Source: Tubiluchus corallicola | Lineage: Eukaryota > Animalia > Priapulida | Direction of reading: 5' to 3' | Assembly: GCA_030141605.1 (NCBI GenBank) | Contig: JAQGDQ010000108.1 | Coordinates: forward strand, 124,001-188,000 | DNA: 64,000 bases | Shown here: positions 24,431 through 40,200 of the stretch, one piece after another | Position numbering within the stretch: the stretch's first letter is position 1 | Layout of the letters: each line of letters begins with the position of its first letter | Made by a program: the position numbers and the translations under genes | The notes under the pieces: model-generated | Told to the model about the DNA's origin: nothing | Databases searched by the model: none | The model's input: only the letters and a program-made list of their open reading frames with translations

Positions 24431-25695
24431 GAGATCGAGTGAGCTTAAAAATAAAGCAGATATCATTTTAAATTATGCATTTTAACGTTTGCCGTTTTTT
24501 TCAATGTACGAAAGCTATTTCGTTTATTTATTTGCATCAGTTTTTACCAACCAATTAAGGCATAATGAAGGCATCGAACAAGAAAACGTTAAATAATATA
24601 AAAGTATGAAAGAAAGAAAAAGACAAGTAAGTACATACACAAAGACATACCTACACCAACACAAAAGAAAAGAATCAATTCCATAGCCTACTTTGGTGTA
24701 CAATTACTGTTTTCTTTCTATAATTTGAACCTTTAAAAGAAAACTTAATTTATATTATCTTTATTATAATATTGTTCTATATTATTATTATTCATATTAA
24801 TTTACATTATATTAAACAATTTATATTTAAAAGCAACCAACTTAATGAAATGCTGTAGCAATCTTTTGAGCAATGCTTCACAATTTCAGCTACAAACAAC
24901 GAAACTGATACCTACAATGCAGCTACTATAATTTAGATACAACAGTACATAAAGAGTTACTTTTGTTAGTTAGTTCTTATTTAGTTAGTTAGTTAATTTT
25001 TACTGACTGATTTTATTTTTGACAGGCCAAGAATTTTTTCCACAAAAACCTTACTTTGACACAAACTGTGAAAATTTATAGCATATATACACATATGCAT
25101 ATGTGTGTATATAACAGGCCATCACGGAATCACAGTTTTCTGCATACACAAATTACTATTATTATTATTATATTACGTATGAATAAGGTTCGATCCTGGT
25201 ACAATGAAGTGAACCAATGCGAATTTATCTCTCTCGTGATCCTAAAATATCACTCAAAATTTAGGAATTTGTTGAGCTGTTCTTTCTTATTTTGACTGAG
25301 CGATGAAATAGGCACTTTAAAATTTAAAGAAATAAAATTGCACATAAGAGACGGTTTATTATAAAGCACTAGAACCAAACTGCACTCTTAATTTTTGTTA
25401 TTTATTTTGTTTTGATTATTTGTTTAGCTTCAGGCTGTTGCTTTGTTCAGTATTTAATGTTTTTTCAGGTCGTATTATCAGGCATCGTGATAGCAATCGT
25501 TTTCTTTACGGTACTTAAGGGCAGTCACTGAAAATGATACCACTTTGCTCACGAGCTGATTAACAGCTTTCAGAATAATTGCACCGGTCACGTGTCACAG
25601 TCACGTGTCTTGAGAGTATAATTATCTCAGAGAAAGTGTTATCATCACTATGGAAGCTTAGATATGGATATAAGCCACTTCTCGCAATTCTAAAC

Positions 25696-26312
25696 TTAAA
25701 GCAAACCGGACCCAATCTTAAGTTGTAGGTCAAAACAATCTGCTCTTTAAAATATTGAAAGGTAACATACATTTTTTTTTCAAAAATGACTCACGTGAAA
25801 GAATTATTACCACGCAAACACAATTTCGCCTTCGCACAACTAGTTCTTCGCCGTTACATGCATGTCGCCCATTCGCTAGCACTAGCGCCCGCATTTCGGA
25901 AACGCACTGCACAAAAAACAGGTGCTGTATCTCAGCTCAGATGGGTTAGTTTGTGACGAACTACACACGTTCGATAGCTCATGTGTGAGCACAGCGGTAA
26001 ATTTGAAATTTGAACTGTTATCTTAAAACTTGCCTAGTTTTAGTACTACACACTGAATATCTTACAGTAGCACTGCACTCCAATTTTCGCTTTCGCAAAC
26101 ACGTGCAGCACGCTCGTGGAATATTTTTGCTGATGAAAATTATGTTAGTTTGTAATGTCATCAGTAGGTGGGCTCGCCCGCCGTTAGTTAAGTTTTTAAT
26201 CTATTATTTAATTACGAGGAACGCTTTTGCAATATTAATTGTGTTAAAATGTATACTTTGTTCGGACTTGAAAATAGGATAGCATATGAAAAATCATCCT
26301 GTTTTCCTTTAA
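25696..26312 (+). mobile_element. Non-autonomous TTAA-flanked DNA transposon (Kolobok/piggyBac-type MITE), copy A
   Basis: TTAA|AGCAAACCGGA ... TCCTGTTTTCCT|TTAA: TTAA on both sides, short imperfect TIRs; three further copies in the window. Confidence 0.75.
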
Positions 26313-28546
26313 ACACATCGCCGACTGTTATATTTAGATATTTATGTCCATTCCTGTTTTCAGAAATGGTAAATTTTGAACCGTTCATATAATTATTGAT
26401 CTATTATTATCAATAATTAATGTCAAACCAACTATTCCGTTATCGTACTACTTAAAACTAGCTTGTTTTTTCTTTATTAAATTGACGTCTTAATATTCCG
26501 ATGTCTTGTATATTTCAAAGTGAAATGCAAATTGCGTAATTGCCAAGGCAATACGCGATGCGTCGGGGTTTACTCAAATTGTTTTTACTTCAGACGCAAA
26601 CCAGTATGGCATATAACTTTATGCTGAGTTTAGTTTAGATTTAATTAATGACTTCCCACCACTATCCCACCAGAAGAAGAGAAAAGAAGCAGATCACAGA
26701 AAACCTACGAAAGTTAAGCAGCATTAAACCGGATTAGCTGCTTAGACAATAAATATATAGATAAAAATCCGGAAAACTGCTTTTGTGTGATTTTACCGAA
26801 TTACATTTGGTTAGGATCCGAATCTAGCTAAAATAGCTTCTTCGACATGTTTGACATCAGAGGATTATCTTTGACAATTAGTTAAGATTTCGGTCCCGCC
26901 ACAAAATTTCTGTAGTACGCCCGAGTTTAGATACAAAGTTCTGGTTTTGCTGCACTGTAGATCTAATAGGTGGTTTTCCGTTAAACCCACACACTAAACA
27001 AAGGCAAGCACGAGGAGGCAAAAAAGCACACCGGGTAAACTCAGGTGCATTTCTGTGCCAAACAATTATCCTCTCACTAGGTAGCGAGTAGAATCATATC
27101 ATATTTGACAGTTTGACAAGAACTAAGAGGCATCACGTGCGCTTGTGTCAGCCTCGTGTTTTTTACCTGTCTTTACCTGTCTTATTCACATGGGTGGATT
27201 AAGACAAACATAGAGCTGCTCCAGGCTGAAAATATTATTGAGAAGAAGCGATTATCAAGTTATAATTGCAATATTGAAAATATTAAAGTTATAACTTGAT
27301 TATCGCTTCTCCTTAAAAGACTAAATGAAGATGTCACGAAAACAGTTTTTAAATGTGTGACATTGTAAATTGTAATTGTAATTGTAAATTGTTAAGTTAC
27401 TTGATTTCCTGGATTTGGGTGCATGGTTGCATGCACGTACTCACATTACTTTCATTGTTTTTCTTTCAAAAATTAGAACATCTTTTAGTTCATGTATGAT
27501 TCTGACACCCACTGGAGAAAATAATTGACTGTACTATGGTTTGTTATTAGTCAATGTAGTTTATCCTCATGTCTACATTGTCTAGTAAGATTTAACAACA
27601 CAATCAGCACCTCCTTGCTACCCATATTGCTTGCTACCCCTTGCTACCACACCCACCCATATTAACACAGCTGGTTATAATAATAACAACGCTGAATTTA
27701 TTGAATTGACGTTACAAGTGACTTAGAGATCCACCTCCTTTTCAAGGCTGAGCGCCAGACTTTTTTTCGTAGAATAAAATTTAAATCACGCTAATTAAAT
27801 TTAATTATTTGAAATGTATTTTTTTCAATTTCTTTTGTGTCAACCTACACGCACACATCATTGTTTTGTTTATTTGCTTTTACCAGGAAAACACGCTCGA
27901 AAATTCTGGAACATCTGCAATTATAAAGCTTGAGCTTCAATTTTTAGATTAATTAACTTTAATAAATGGTGAATTAATTAGTTAAATTTAACAATTAGAA
28001 AACATTAGCCAACCATCAGCATAATAATTACGCAAGCCATTACTTACAATAAATATTTAATTTATTTCCTTTTAAAACAACGTAAATACTCACAACTGTT
28101 GATAAAAATAAAATGCAAATTATATTAGACAACATTTGTAATATATAATAAAGTACATTAATTCGGTTAATTAGTGAACAGAGGATAAGCTAAACGGCAT
28201 AGCCATTGTAAGAATACAAGGCTTTGTCTAACTTGAACCATTTTTGACGCAGGTTGAAAATTACTTTTACACATTTTTCGTAAAAAAATATCTTCATGCA
28301 TAACCAGGCGATTGAAAAATTTACCAGTTTAATCACATTGCTACATATTAGCGTGACAATCAATTTACTTTTAATTATTGTTGTTGTAGAAATAGCATTT
28401 TTCATCTCAAAAGTTGAAACCTGAGAACTATTTTTACGAGTAAGTAAACCTACAATCAATGAAAATACACAACTTTGGTAACAATGCATTAATTTTGGAC
28501 AATAACACGCAATGACTGTGATTTAAAGAGTACACAAAAAATCTCA

Positions 28547-28733
28547 CTAATGATGCGAAAACATCATGTTGTTATAATGCGAAAGAGCAGTTTGACCAGC
28601 GGTCAACAGACCATGCTCGTGCTTGACCAAATTAGCCAAAGAAAACTTACAGTGTCCGTTGTATTGCACCATTCTATCCGGAACCTGTCCCGCTATGCAG
28701 CTGTTCTCTGTACCAAGGTGGTGGCCATCCATA
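28547..28733 (-). CDS. Six4/5: Six4/5 probable terminal exon 2 (MDGHHLG...NNMMFSHH*)
   Basis: Acceptor TTGTTTCGTTTTAG| at 28733 completes phase 2 (GG+T=Gly); 187 nt open to TAG; His/Met-rich tail; joined CDS 897 nt = 298 aa; AATAAA on the minus strand near 28061-28066. Confidence 0.75.
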
Positions 28734-30879
28734 CTAAAACGAAACAATAACACGAGTATGACGAAAAACTCTTCAGCTCTATTAACGCACTCTGTGATTC
28801 CAAAACTAAATTAACATGCTAGTACTTACTCTACAACTTCTCATTTCTGCTAGCTAACTTGGAACTGTTATTAATTAGCTTGTTTCAGCACAGTAATTAA
28901 GCACGTAGTAACCACTCAAGCATTCTCGATTAATAAAAAAAATGTCAAAATAATGGCCCATGACCTGTGCTTAAAACTGAGCGAAAAATAACATCATGTC
29001 GATGTATAATGAAAGTAGTTTAAAGAATAAGTATACACAGTGTATATATGGAAATTAAATTTTGTATTCGTAAACGATTTTGTATTCGTAAACGAAGTGA
29101 AAACACACGAAACAACTTGTAAAAATAATTGTTAGATTTTGTAGATTTGATCAGTTTGTCATAACAATAATTTTGGCAGCTCGTGCCGTGGATATAATAT
29201 TTCTTATTGCACTTATGCCTATATTTTATAATTATAATTAAATTACTGTCATTTCAAAATTCCACGAACAGCGAGAAATTATTAGCAGCTTTTGAAAGGC
29301 TTCGGGCACACGTCTCCACCAATAGAAGATACCTTCCATTAGAGCACAATTTCACAATTATGTTCATTCCTTTATCTCTCTAACGTATGTCCCAGTTCTT
29401 ATAAGGTTTCGCAAACCGCCATGAGCTCAAGTGGACCAATAAATTGTCACTAAATGAATGGTGCGATTAACTGCCAAGATATCGCCATTTTCGCTTAAGT
29501 GAATGTCTCCCAAAAACTCTTCAGAATGGATATCATAAAAAATGAGTGCATGAGTGATCAAGTTCCTAGGTGAAAAGCAAAAGTGGTGAATCGTGTATTA
29601 CGCATTATAATAAACGTGAAGGGAAATATTTTAAAATGCAAATGTATCCTAGGACCAATGAGAGAATATGATGTTATATTATATTATGTAATTTATTCAT
29701 TTTACCAACAAATGACATAGTTACAAACAAGAAAACTAAACCTTACAGGACAATACTGCAAAGTACAACAACAAAAATAATTTTATAATATTAGAAATAA
29801 TTATATAATGTTAACAATAATCAGACAAGCAACAACAAAAATATTGAATGAAGAAAAAGAATTTTACTGCAGGTTGTCCCATTAGTTAGAATAATTATAA
29901 TAATATTTATATGACGTGTTGCTGAGCCCTCAAAAGCTTAAGCTTGTAAGAAAGACTCTGATAACGAAACAGAGATTAGATTAGCTAAGATAAAAAAGAG
30001 GAGAATGAGCTTGCTAGTAGTGACAGCGAAAAAGTAGAGAGAAGCGTGAACAAGGAGATAATGACATGATAATCCTGACCATGTTAACTAAAACTAAGAT
30101 TACCAGAGATGTGCAACGTGAAACGTACCGGAAAAAATTTGTCTTTATATGTGCATACTGCACATTTGGAAGTGAAGTTACAATTATACCAATTTTTATC
30201 TTATATTATGACTTCAACGTCCTTTGTGTGGGCTAACTTGTGCAATTTGTAATGCTATTATAATTTTGTTGGTCAATAATTAAAACACACTGCAAGCGAA
30301 TGAGCACTTAATCTTGAGAGGTACTTTCTCAGACAGTAAAAACGTTGGTTACTTGACTTTTCATCGACAAATTTTGGTGGTACAGTTATGAAATAAACAA
30401 CCCTAACCCTAATCCATCTCAAGACGTAGATACTCAAACACTCACTATGTTTTAAAACGTTGTTTCAATACACATAATTATTGTAAACATGCATACTCTA
30501 CTTTATATTTTGTGAGTAATACCTTATAAGTAATTTCACACCTTCTGCAAATAAAATACAGAACAAATAATTCTTATTGTAGAATATCTAATCATCGCGC
30601 GATAAAGAGAAACAGAAACTAGAGGTTGTATAATTACGATCTCAAACCATTGGGCACAGCTGTCTCTCCGCCCTTCTCAAAGGGAAGGCAGACAGTTAGT
30701 AATTTCCCTCTGGTTGTTGTGGGATTTCATTAATTAATAACAGAACGTGGTATCGCAGTTAGACCTTATACGGTGAAAATCGTCACTTTCTAATTATGCT
30801 CATCTCTGCAGATAATTAATTGTATAGGGAAACATGAGAGGTAATGTTAGTTTACTCTGGTCGATGCCTCTGTTCACAA

Positions 30880-30880
<1 letters not shown>

Positions 30881-30973
<93 letters not shown>
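30881..30973. repeat. (TAA)n microsatellite
   Basis: Directly visible, Six4/5 intron. Confidence 0.95.
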
Positions 30974-30974
<1 letters not shown>

Positions 30975-31677
30975 TTCTCTCCTTTCTTTCTTTCTTTCTT
31001 TCAAATATTTTAATCATTTTTTGGCTAATCACATAACAAAAGCTAAACCGTCTTTAAAGATTGCAAAAGGCATAGAAATCGTCCGATACACCATTAGATA
31101 TACCAGTCAGCAAATATGACAGATTTATAGAAACAAGTGCGTTAGCACTTCTACTTGGAAGAGGTAGCAAATCATTTAAATACAGGATAGGATCAGTCCT
31201 GTGTGTTAGCGGTTTGGGCTGTCAAACACCAGAGTATTTAATTTTTCATTGTACGTTGCCATTTGTTAGACAAGATACAAGAGTGAATCTCGAACGCGGC
31301 TTAGAAAATAATGATATTCGGACCACTTACAGAAAGAGAAACACTAATGTAATTAAAATGTATATAGATATTGTAAAAGAACTTATTGTAAATGGTCTTA
31401 TTGTAAATTGAGTATACTGGCATACTGTTTATATACGAATGATATCAACATATAATTATTTATGTATGTATCTTGTATAAATTGGTAACTGTAAAGATAA
31501 ACTGTGAAGAATTTAATGTACGTAATGTAAGCATTTATTTAACATATTTGTACTTATGTGCCGTGCAAATAGAGGGCTTACTGTATTATTTTGAATAAAG
31601 ATTTTTAATAATAATAATAATTTCTTTCCCCCTCGTGTACACGCTCTGCCTCTTTCTTTTCTTTCCCTCACTCTCTC

Positions 31678-31721
<44 letters not shown>

Positions 31722-32128
31722 ACTCTCCCCCCTCTCTCTCCCACTCACTCTCTCCTCTTGTCTTCCTTTCTTTCTGTACTCCCATTTTCTTCCTTCTCTC
31801 TTCAATCATTTTGCTCCGCGTCAGATTCAGGTTTTTCTTCTGGCACAATGGTGCTTATAACAGAACAAAGTGTGATAAAATAACCCGTAAGATGAAACCT
31901 ACATTTACTTGTCATTTATGAAAATCTGTTTCCAAGCAGCACGATAATTAATTCTAAAATAGGTTTAGGGTTACAGGACGAAATCTGAGATTCGGGGAGT
32001 AAAAAACAAACAAATCCACCTCTTGAACATGGCGACGAAGAGCTTCAGTGGCATTTTACGATTTTTACTCGTTTAATTTTTTTAAGAAAAACATTCAAAT
32101 TTTATCTCTAAGCGCGTATGTATATATT

Positions 32129-32941
<813 letters not shown>

Positions 32942-34110
32942 ACAATCTCTTCTCCTACCTTTTCTTCCAGTCTTTCTCTTTCCTTTCACTCACTCTTTCT
33001 TTCCTTTTCTCCTTTCTCTTCCTTTCATAATAATAATAATAATCGCGTTTAATAAAGCATCATCAGTGCATTTTATATCTTTCCATTAAGACTGATACTT
33101 CAGCTCCTAAATGAATTTAAAAAGTGCTGTTCCTGTGTAAAGTTTTCATTACATGTGAGATACAACCAACGCTTGCAACCAAAAAAGTTTCGTTTACAGT
33201 AATGACTGTATGTATATATATATATATATATATATATTACTAATAGCCGCCAATCCGATCAGTCTGTATAATAATTACATGTATTAGCTATAATATTAAT
33301 TATAATTCTGCGTCGGAAATCGATTTTCTTTCTTCTCTAGTGAAACGTCATGTCGTTTTTATTAGTTGACCTTTTGCCTGTGTGATGACTATCATTGGTT
33401 CTCCATTCAAAATTCTAAGTAATTAACTTGCAAATGTAAATACCAAAACTGTTTTTTGGATTTGCGAAGGCGTCAGTCTGTAGGACTGTTGTTAGTAATA
33501 TGTCTTGTACAGTTGCCCCTATAATACGATTAAAATAGAAACATTTCTATTACTTGGATATTTTCTGTGTATTGAATGAAGCAAAATAAGCCAATAAGTT
33601 AAACATCGATTTTCAAATTATTTGTAAGTGGTTAAACAACTCCAAAGCAAGAACAACGCATTGGCTAAATGGATAAATGAAGCAAAAAAATAATAATTGA
33701 TTGATTTATTAGTTAACTACTTTTTAGCCAACCTTGAAAATGTATTATCTGAAAAGAATTGAATTGAATGTATTTTTAGTTTTTTGTTATAAAAACTCAC
33801 TGTAATAGATATAAAAAATGTTATAAAAAATTGGTCTGCAGAACCTTTTATGTAAAAAGTACAGGTAAATGATTTTGTACTAGCTTTAAACGTATGTATC
33901 GAAAAAAAAATGGAAAGGGAAGAAAAAACACTACGTAATTAATGTAACTTACGCAGACAGATACACAATTTGATGATGAAAGTATAAAACAATAAAATAC
34001 TATGATGAAAATTACTTATACTAAAAATGCCCATAGTCATTAGTAAAGCAAGCGACAACTTCTGTTGTTAAACTCAATGTTTTTAATGCAATTTGCAGAA
34101 CTGGTCTTAC

Positions 34111-34820
34111 CCTTGTCTGTGAAGATGTGGTGTTCTATCTCTTTGACGACGGTTTTTAAACCAATTCGAAACCTGGGTGAGGGTCAATCCTGTCTTCTTC
34201 GCCAAACTTCTTTTTTCGTCGGGTGTTGGATATCTATTTTGTTTGTAACAGTCTTTCAGCGCTGTTCTGGACTTTTCCTTGAAACAATATACGGTTTCCT
34301 CTCCATCCCAGATCGTCTTCGGAAGTGGATACTTTCTGCGAAGCCTATATTTGTCCACTGCTCCTAGTGGTCGACCTCTGATTTTCTCTGCTTCGAGGTA
34401 GTGCGCTTTGTACCACATGTTTTGCAGTTCATTGTGATAGCGCTCATCGAACGGATGACTTTCCAGGATAGTGTACAACAGTCGAAAGTTACCACGATGA
34501 AAAGCGACTGTGGTACGGGCCCTAAGGACGGCTTCACTGCCCTGTAGGAGCTCAGTTGGCGGCAAAGACCAGAGAAAACGGGCAAGTCGGTCGATGTTGC
34601 CTCCCTGCTGTAAAGCCTCACAGATACAAGCCACCTGTTCTGGACTAAATATTAAATGTTTACGATTACCTTGATCGCCATTGTTTTCATTGTTGGCTGT
34701 ACATGGTGAGGACGAGTGCAAATCATTGTCGATTCGGCTACCAGGACGCGCATCGTCGCTTAGATTTTTACCTTCCACTTGGTCATCCATGTACAAGTAT
34801 TTTGCCTTTTTGACATTCAT
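34111..34820 (-). CDS. Six4/5: Six4/5 homeobox transcription factor, exon 1 (SIX domain + homeodomain)
   Basis: [64 protein letters not shown]; ETVY is diagnostic of the Six4/5 class. Donor GG|GTAAGA after 34111, phase 2. Confidence 0.97.
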
Positions 34821-36787
34821 TAAAACTAGCAGCTCTTGTACTAAATAGTAAGCAACGAGAAAGGTAACTTGGCTGCAAACAGACTACAAGTTGGTAAAAT
34901 TTTATCTGTTAACGATTTTAACAATGAAGACGATGATTAGGAGCTTCTGTAAAATGCAAACTCTCTGAACAACAAAAGGCATTGATGCAAGATAAGCGTC
35001 TAAATAATTCCGAAGAGTTGCTGAGATTTATGCACACGCAGTTGCTAGACAACAAGCCACACCTACCTGTGTTCCAAGAGCTATCCTGCGCATTAAATAC
35101 AACAGTCTGCAATGTACGTAAAGGAGCTGAAACCAGCAATTAGCAGGTGTGGGAGGAGACTGCAAACAACGCGTGCATTTCATACCTTTGCGACTGGCAA
35201 TTGACTTCCAGAAATCAGCGAAGAGTTATCGACACTGAATACAATAATACATAGTGCTTTCTCTAATAATCAGTCACACGGTAAACTTATAGTAAACAAG
35301 TTGCCTATAATTAACGAATCGACATAAATCACGATTACCATATACAAGAATATATATATATATACAAAATGAAATAAACAACGTTATTTATATTATATTT
35401 TTGAAAATGGCTACAGTTAGGTTGCCCAAATATTGGGCTATATTTTTCAATAAACCATTTCTGATTGTTATCAGCTTTGAAAATGATGATTGGCTGCTTT
35501 ATGAATGGTGGTCAACTAGAACATAAATTATTATAAAATCTTCTGTGATGAGACGCCGAACCAGTAGAAGAGCCTTAGCCACATTCAAAATGTTAGTAAT
35601 TATTATAGGGGTAAATTGTTTTTTTTCAAAAAATGTTAACGTAATGCGGAAAATTTGACTTTTAAAAACTGATGCAAAATTCAATATCTTTAAAGGCTTT
35701 CAAGTGTATAAATTTAATATGTAAAACACAAACTTTCGCCATAGCACCACTCTATACAAACACAAATTTCTGCAATATGTGTGGAAATTACATATAGTCA
35801 TATATCTTAACATATGAGCTACACTGTATACACATGTAAGGAATTGATCTAGCAATGTGTCGACGGCAGCAAACTTGTATATGCTTGTCTGCTAATAAAA
35901 CTTCTCATCGTATAAATTAGGCAGTGCTATTTCAAATTATTTCCAATTATGTGATATTTTTTGCCTTATCGGTGCAGCAGTCAGCAACTGTCTGTCAAAT
36001 GAAGCCATTTTACCTATCTAATTTAAATATTACAAATAGATTAATACAGGTACCTTCGCCACAGGTGGGTCTCTTCTTTCAATGTGTACTTCTATGATTT
36101 GCTCCCTAAAATTAAATAAAACGAGCAGTGCTGTCGGCGGGGCGGCGAATAAACCATATTTTGTATGCGAATAGTAACTCCTGCATCCGAAACATCTCGT
36201 AGGACATTTTGGATTGTTGCATAAGATTTCTACTAACTAAAAAAGTTTAACGAAATTTATATTGTTTTCCCATGCAATTTCAGAACATTATTCTTGAATT
36301 CCAGCAATGTTGCTGATACCTATCATTAACATACGTGCAGAAAACTCAGAATTTGTCCAGAAAGTATTGTTAAACCTGTCAGGATTCTTGTCCTACATCT
36401 ATCATTCTGGGTTGCGGATTAGGAGACGATAAAACACACCTGTTAGCACTCCTACTGAATCGCGTAACTATTAACTGCGGGCTCTTTTATACTTATTATT
36501 GGATGCCTCCAACGCAATGGCTTCATAATGGGTCGAGTCATTACAAAGCAGAGGTGAGGGTGAAAATAAGCGGCTCTTCGCTGTCGCTGACTATCCCTCT
36601 AAAGATTATAATTCGTCTCCGACCAGAATGAGGTACACAGGAGAAATGAAGGTTTTTATTGAGTAATTTTGCAATATATGTGTTACACAGATTTGAGTTT
36701 ATTATGGAAGAAGATTCACAAGGGTGTGTAACTTCTAAAGTTTTATGGAGGAAAACAAAATAATTGCTTAACACCTCAGAAAACAGT

Positions 36788-37235
36788 TTAAAAGAAACAC
36801 GATGATTTTCAAAAATTTTATATTTTCAACAGCAGAAGCATATTTACTTTTCGCAAAAAAATTCCATGAGCATGTTGCACGTGTTTGCGAAAGCGAACAT
36901 TTAAATGCAATGCTACTGTAAAATGTGCAGCATGATATACAAAAACTCGGAGAGTTTTAAGTTTAAAATTCAAATTTCAAGTTAACAGCTGTGCTCCCGA
37001 ATGAGCTCTCGCAAAGTGTGCACTACGTCACAACCGAACACCTCTGAACGGAGAGGTGCAGCACTTGTTTATTGTGCAACCCGTTTCCGATATGTAGGCG
37101 CTAGTGCCCGTTTAACTATCGAATGGCGAAAAGCATATAACAACGAAAAACTGGCAGCGCAAATGGGAAATTGCCATTCTGTGAAAACAATTCTTTCATG
37201 TAAGCAATTTTTGAAAAAAATAATATCAGTTTATA
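36788..37235 (-). mobile_element. TTAA-MITE copy C (internally deleted) upstream of Six4/5
   Basis: Reverse complement matches copy A (gcacgtgtttgcgaaagcgaa, ttcaaatttcaa, ggcgctagtgc, caattctttca). Confidence 0.72.
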
Positions 37236-40200
37236 TATATAACGCATTGCTTGCGATACTAAAGTGATCTACAATTTTTTAAGTAAAACTAGAGAATGGA
37301 CAACACTTTCTCCACAAAATTTCCTAACTCCTACTAAAAAGAAAAATTAATTAATTCATGAGCAACTAATTAGGCTCGAGAAACTGGGCCCCAGCAATCC
37401 GTCCAGAATTGCAGCGATCCTAAAGCCAAAATCAAAGCAGCGGCAATAGGGTGACAAGAGGAAATATGCAACAAGTTTTCACCTTATGTGAAAGTAGCTC
37501 TCACAACTGCGCAGGGTGCACATAGACTGGAACCAAAACATGACGTAGGACCTCTGTCACCCAGCTTTCCGGACGGCAAGCCTAAAGTGTTTAATAACCA
37601 TTAGATTTCATCAGAGGCGGTCCATTCAGTCCCGTCACGCTATGGCGGCTGTCGACTGAAACTGTCCAAACGTGAGACGAGATGACCTAGTCGCTTCGAA
37701 GAAGAACGTCAAGGCGTAGGAGAGAGTAGGAATCCGTTGACTGTCACTGAAATTGTCTTTTCTCCATCAAAAATAATTCTACCTCAGCTACTAGCGAGTG
37801 AGAGAATCCGTTGATTCACTACGTCCTCAGTATCATCTAGAATTTGTTACCAGGAAATGTGGGCCTATTGCAGGATTTTGATCATTAGCGCTGGCAGGTT
37901 CTCCGTTTAACTCCGCTGGAGGGTAGCTTAGGCTTACTGCTTTTCCTCGTCGTTACAGGATTATGATTCGAGTCACAATTTGAAAATTTCCTTATAAAGA
38001 TGCTAATTAAACATGAACAGAACGATGGTTTTAAAACTCGTAGATATTAAACTCGTAAATTAGAATCATTAAACATCTTTGTAAAACGTTAAATCTTTGC
38101 TCCTGTTCCGCTTGTAATGAAAAATAATCTCTTTCAAAATACAAACGCAGCTCCTACTTTAGAAAAATTCCGGATTAAAGATCACTCTTAACGGACATTA
38201 CAATTAGGCCAGTAAATATTTTTCTGTATGTCTAGACAGCTCCTGCAACATCGCAAGAAAGCACCTAGCACATATTTTACGCACAGATACTGACATTGGA
38301 AATACTCGAATAAGTTCGCTCATCTGAAAACTATCGTGCTATTTGTATCACGTAAAAGCTACTCTTTTTAAAAATTATTGTCCAGATTACATGGCATGTC
38401 ACCCTCTGGGATAAATACAGTAATGAAAGCTAAAGACAGCAAGAGTTTTATAATAATGGTACTCGCAAATTATTTCCTCTAAAATACTGTGATGTGTTTG
38501 ATGAGTTTCTGTTTTTCTACTGGTGTCGTTTAAAAATAAAAAAGATCGAAAAAGGAAAACTTTTTTGTGTTGGTTATCAAAAAAGCTATGAAGATGTTCT
38601 ATATCAGCTGAAAAACCTTTTGCGCCATTCTCAACACGTTTTCTCTGTCTGTTCTTCTAAGTCCCTAACAGATGGCGCCACAAGATCGCCGAGCGGCTTT
38701 TTACATTTTCGATTTAGTTGCTCGCTAGCGAACCAGATAGCGCCAGCACAGCTGAAGCAATGTGTCATCAAAGTGGATTTGCTTTCTTAAATACTTCAAA
38801 TTACTCCAGGTATTTAAAAATAAGTAATACCCAGATACTTAGGTAATAATAAAAATCATTTAGACAGACGCGCCTTTCTTTCTTTGTTTATCTACCGCAG
38901 TTTACGATTAAACGTTGAGTATTATAATTGTTAGCAGTCTGCTGTATAATCAGTCTGCTTTTAAATAAAAATTACAGGGAACCTCAGATTTTCAAAAAGA
39001 AGATTCTGAAGATGCACAAGATGCTACTTTATTAATGGCCTGCGAAAACACGATTTTAAATAATTGGCGTAAAGACTGGGTGAAACCGACCATGTTCGTT
39101 AGTTAGATTTTCGAACAGAAGGTGGCACAACGTGGCAGGCGCATGCCTCAAAAATACAGTAACTGATTTGGTGATTCTAACTTCAATGAAGCGCTAAGAA
39201 CTTAATCTTAAAAGTTAAACTCCGAGATCATCTATGGAGCAAACGTTGAGAACATCGTTATTTTCAAAGAAAAGTTCTCGTGCTGTCGTATCGGCTTTTC
39301 GACCATTGTACAGGTAAACTCAAAATCAGGGCCAGAAATCGATGAAAACATTTTGTCTTGCTTATACAACTGTTCCTAGTGTAAACATTTCTGACAGTTT
39401 CACATTCTCAGTGATTACACAAAAAACTCACGCTGTGAAATGTTAGATGACAGCCTTGTTACCAGAATAATAATCATTTTGTTGCTGATACTGTTGTTGC
39501 AGTAATGTAAATGAAGCGGTTTTAATTAAGAAGCTAATCGATTTGGCGTTATATAAAAGGCAAAAATCAATGGATCAGGTAAAACCCTTTACAATAGCCG
39601 CGGGCTAAAGCTAAATGGTTCAAGTTTAAGCTCAGATTTCTTTCTGATTGGCGGTTTGTTATACAATTAAACGATCCCTATAACCAATAAAATATCAGAC
39701 TATACCGTAATTAAGTAAGTATGCGGCAGAGACAGTTAAGAAAGCTCCGCAAACAACTATACTCACCCCAATCAATCAACTACCAACCAACTTACCAACC
39801 AACTAATCAACCGACCGGCCAACCAACCAGCAACCCATCGAAATAACTAACCTTCAAACCAGTCAACCAATAAACCTACCAACCACCAACCAACAAGCAG
39901 CAAGTCTATCAAATAAACAAAAACAACAAATCGACTGACAAATGAAGAAATGAACGAACAACTAAAGTTTTAAATGACTAGTGAATTAATATACAAACAA
40001 TAAATTTTTAAATATTTTTTGTAATATGATGGTGGCTTGCATGATGTCGCGCACCAATTTTTCGTAAAAATAGCATTGTATCAGTGACAATATTGATTTA
40101 ATGCATCACCTTCGTCCATCATTTATGCGTGTAGCCGCCACTTAGAAAATTAAACATATCATCATAATACAAACTGCATAAAATCATCAATACTAAGCCT

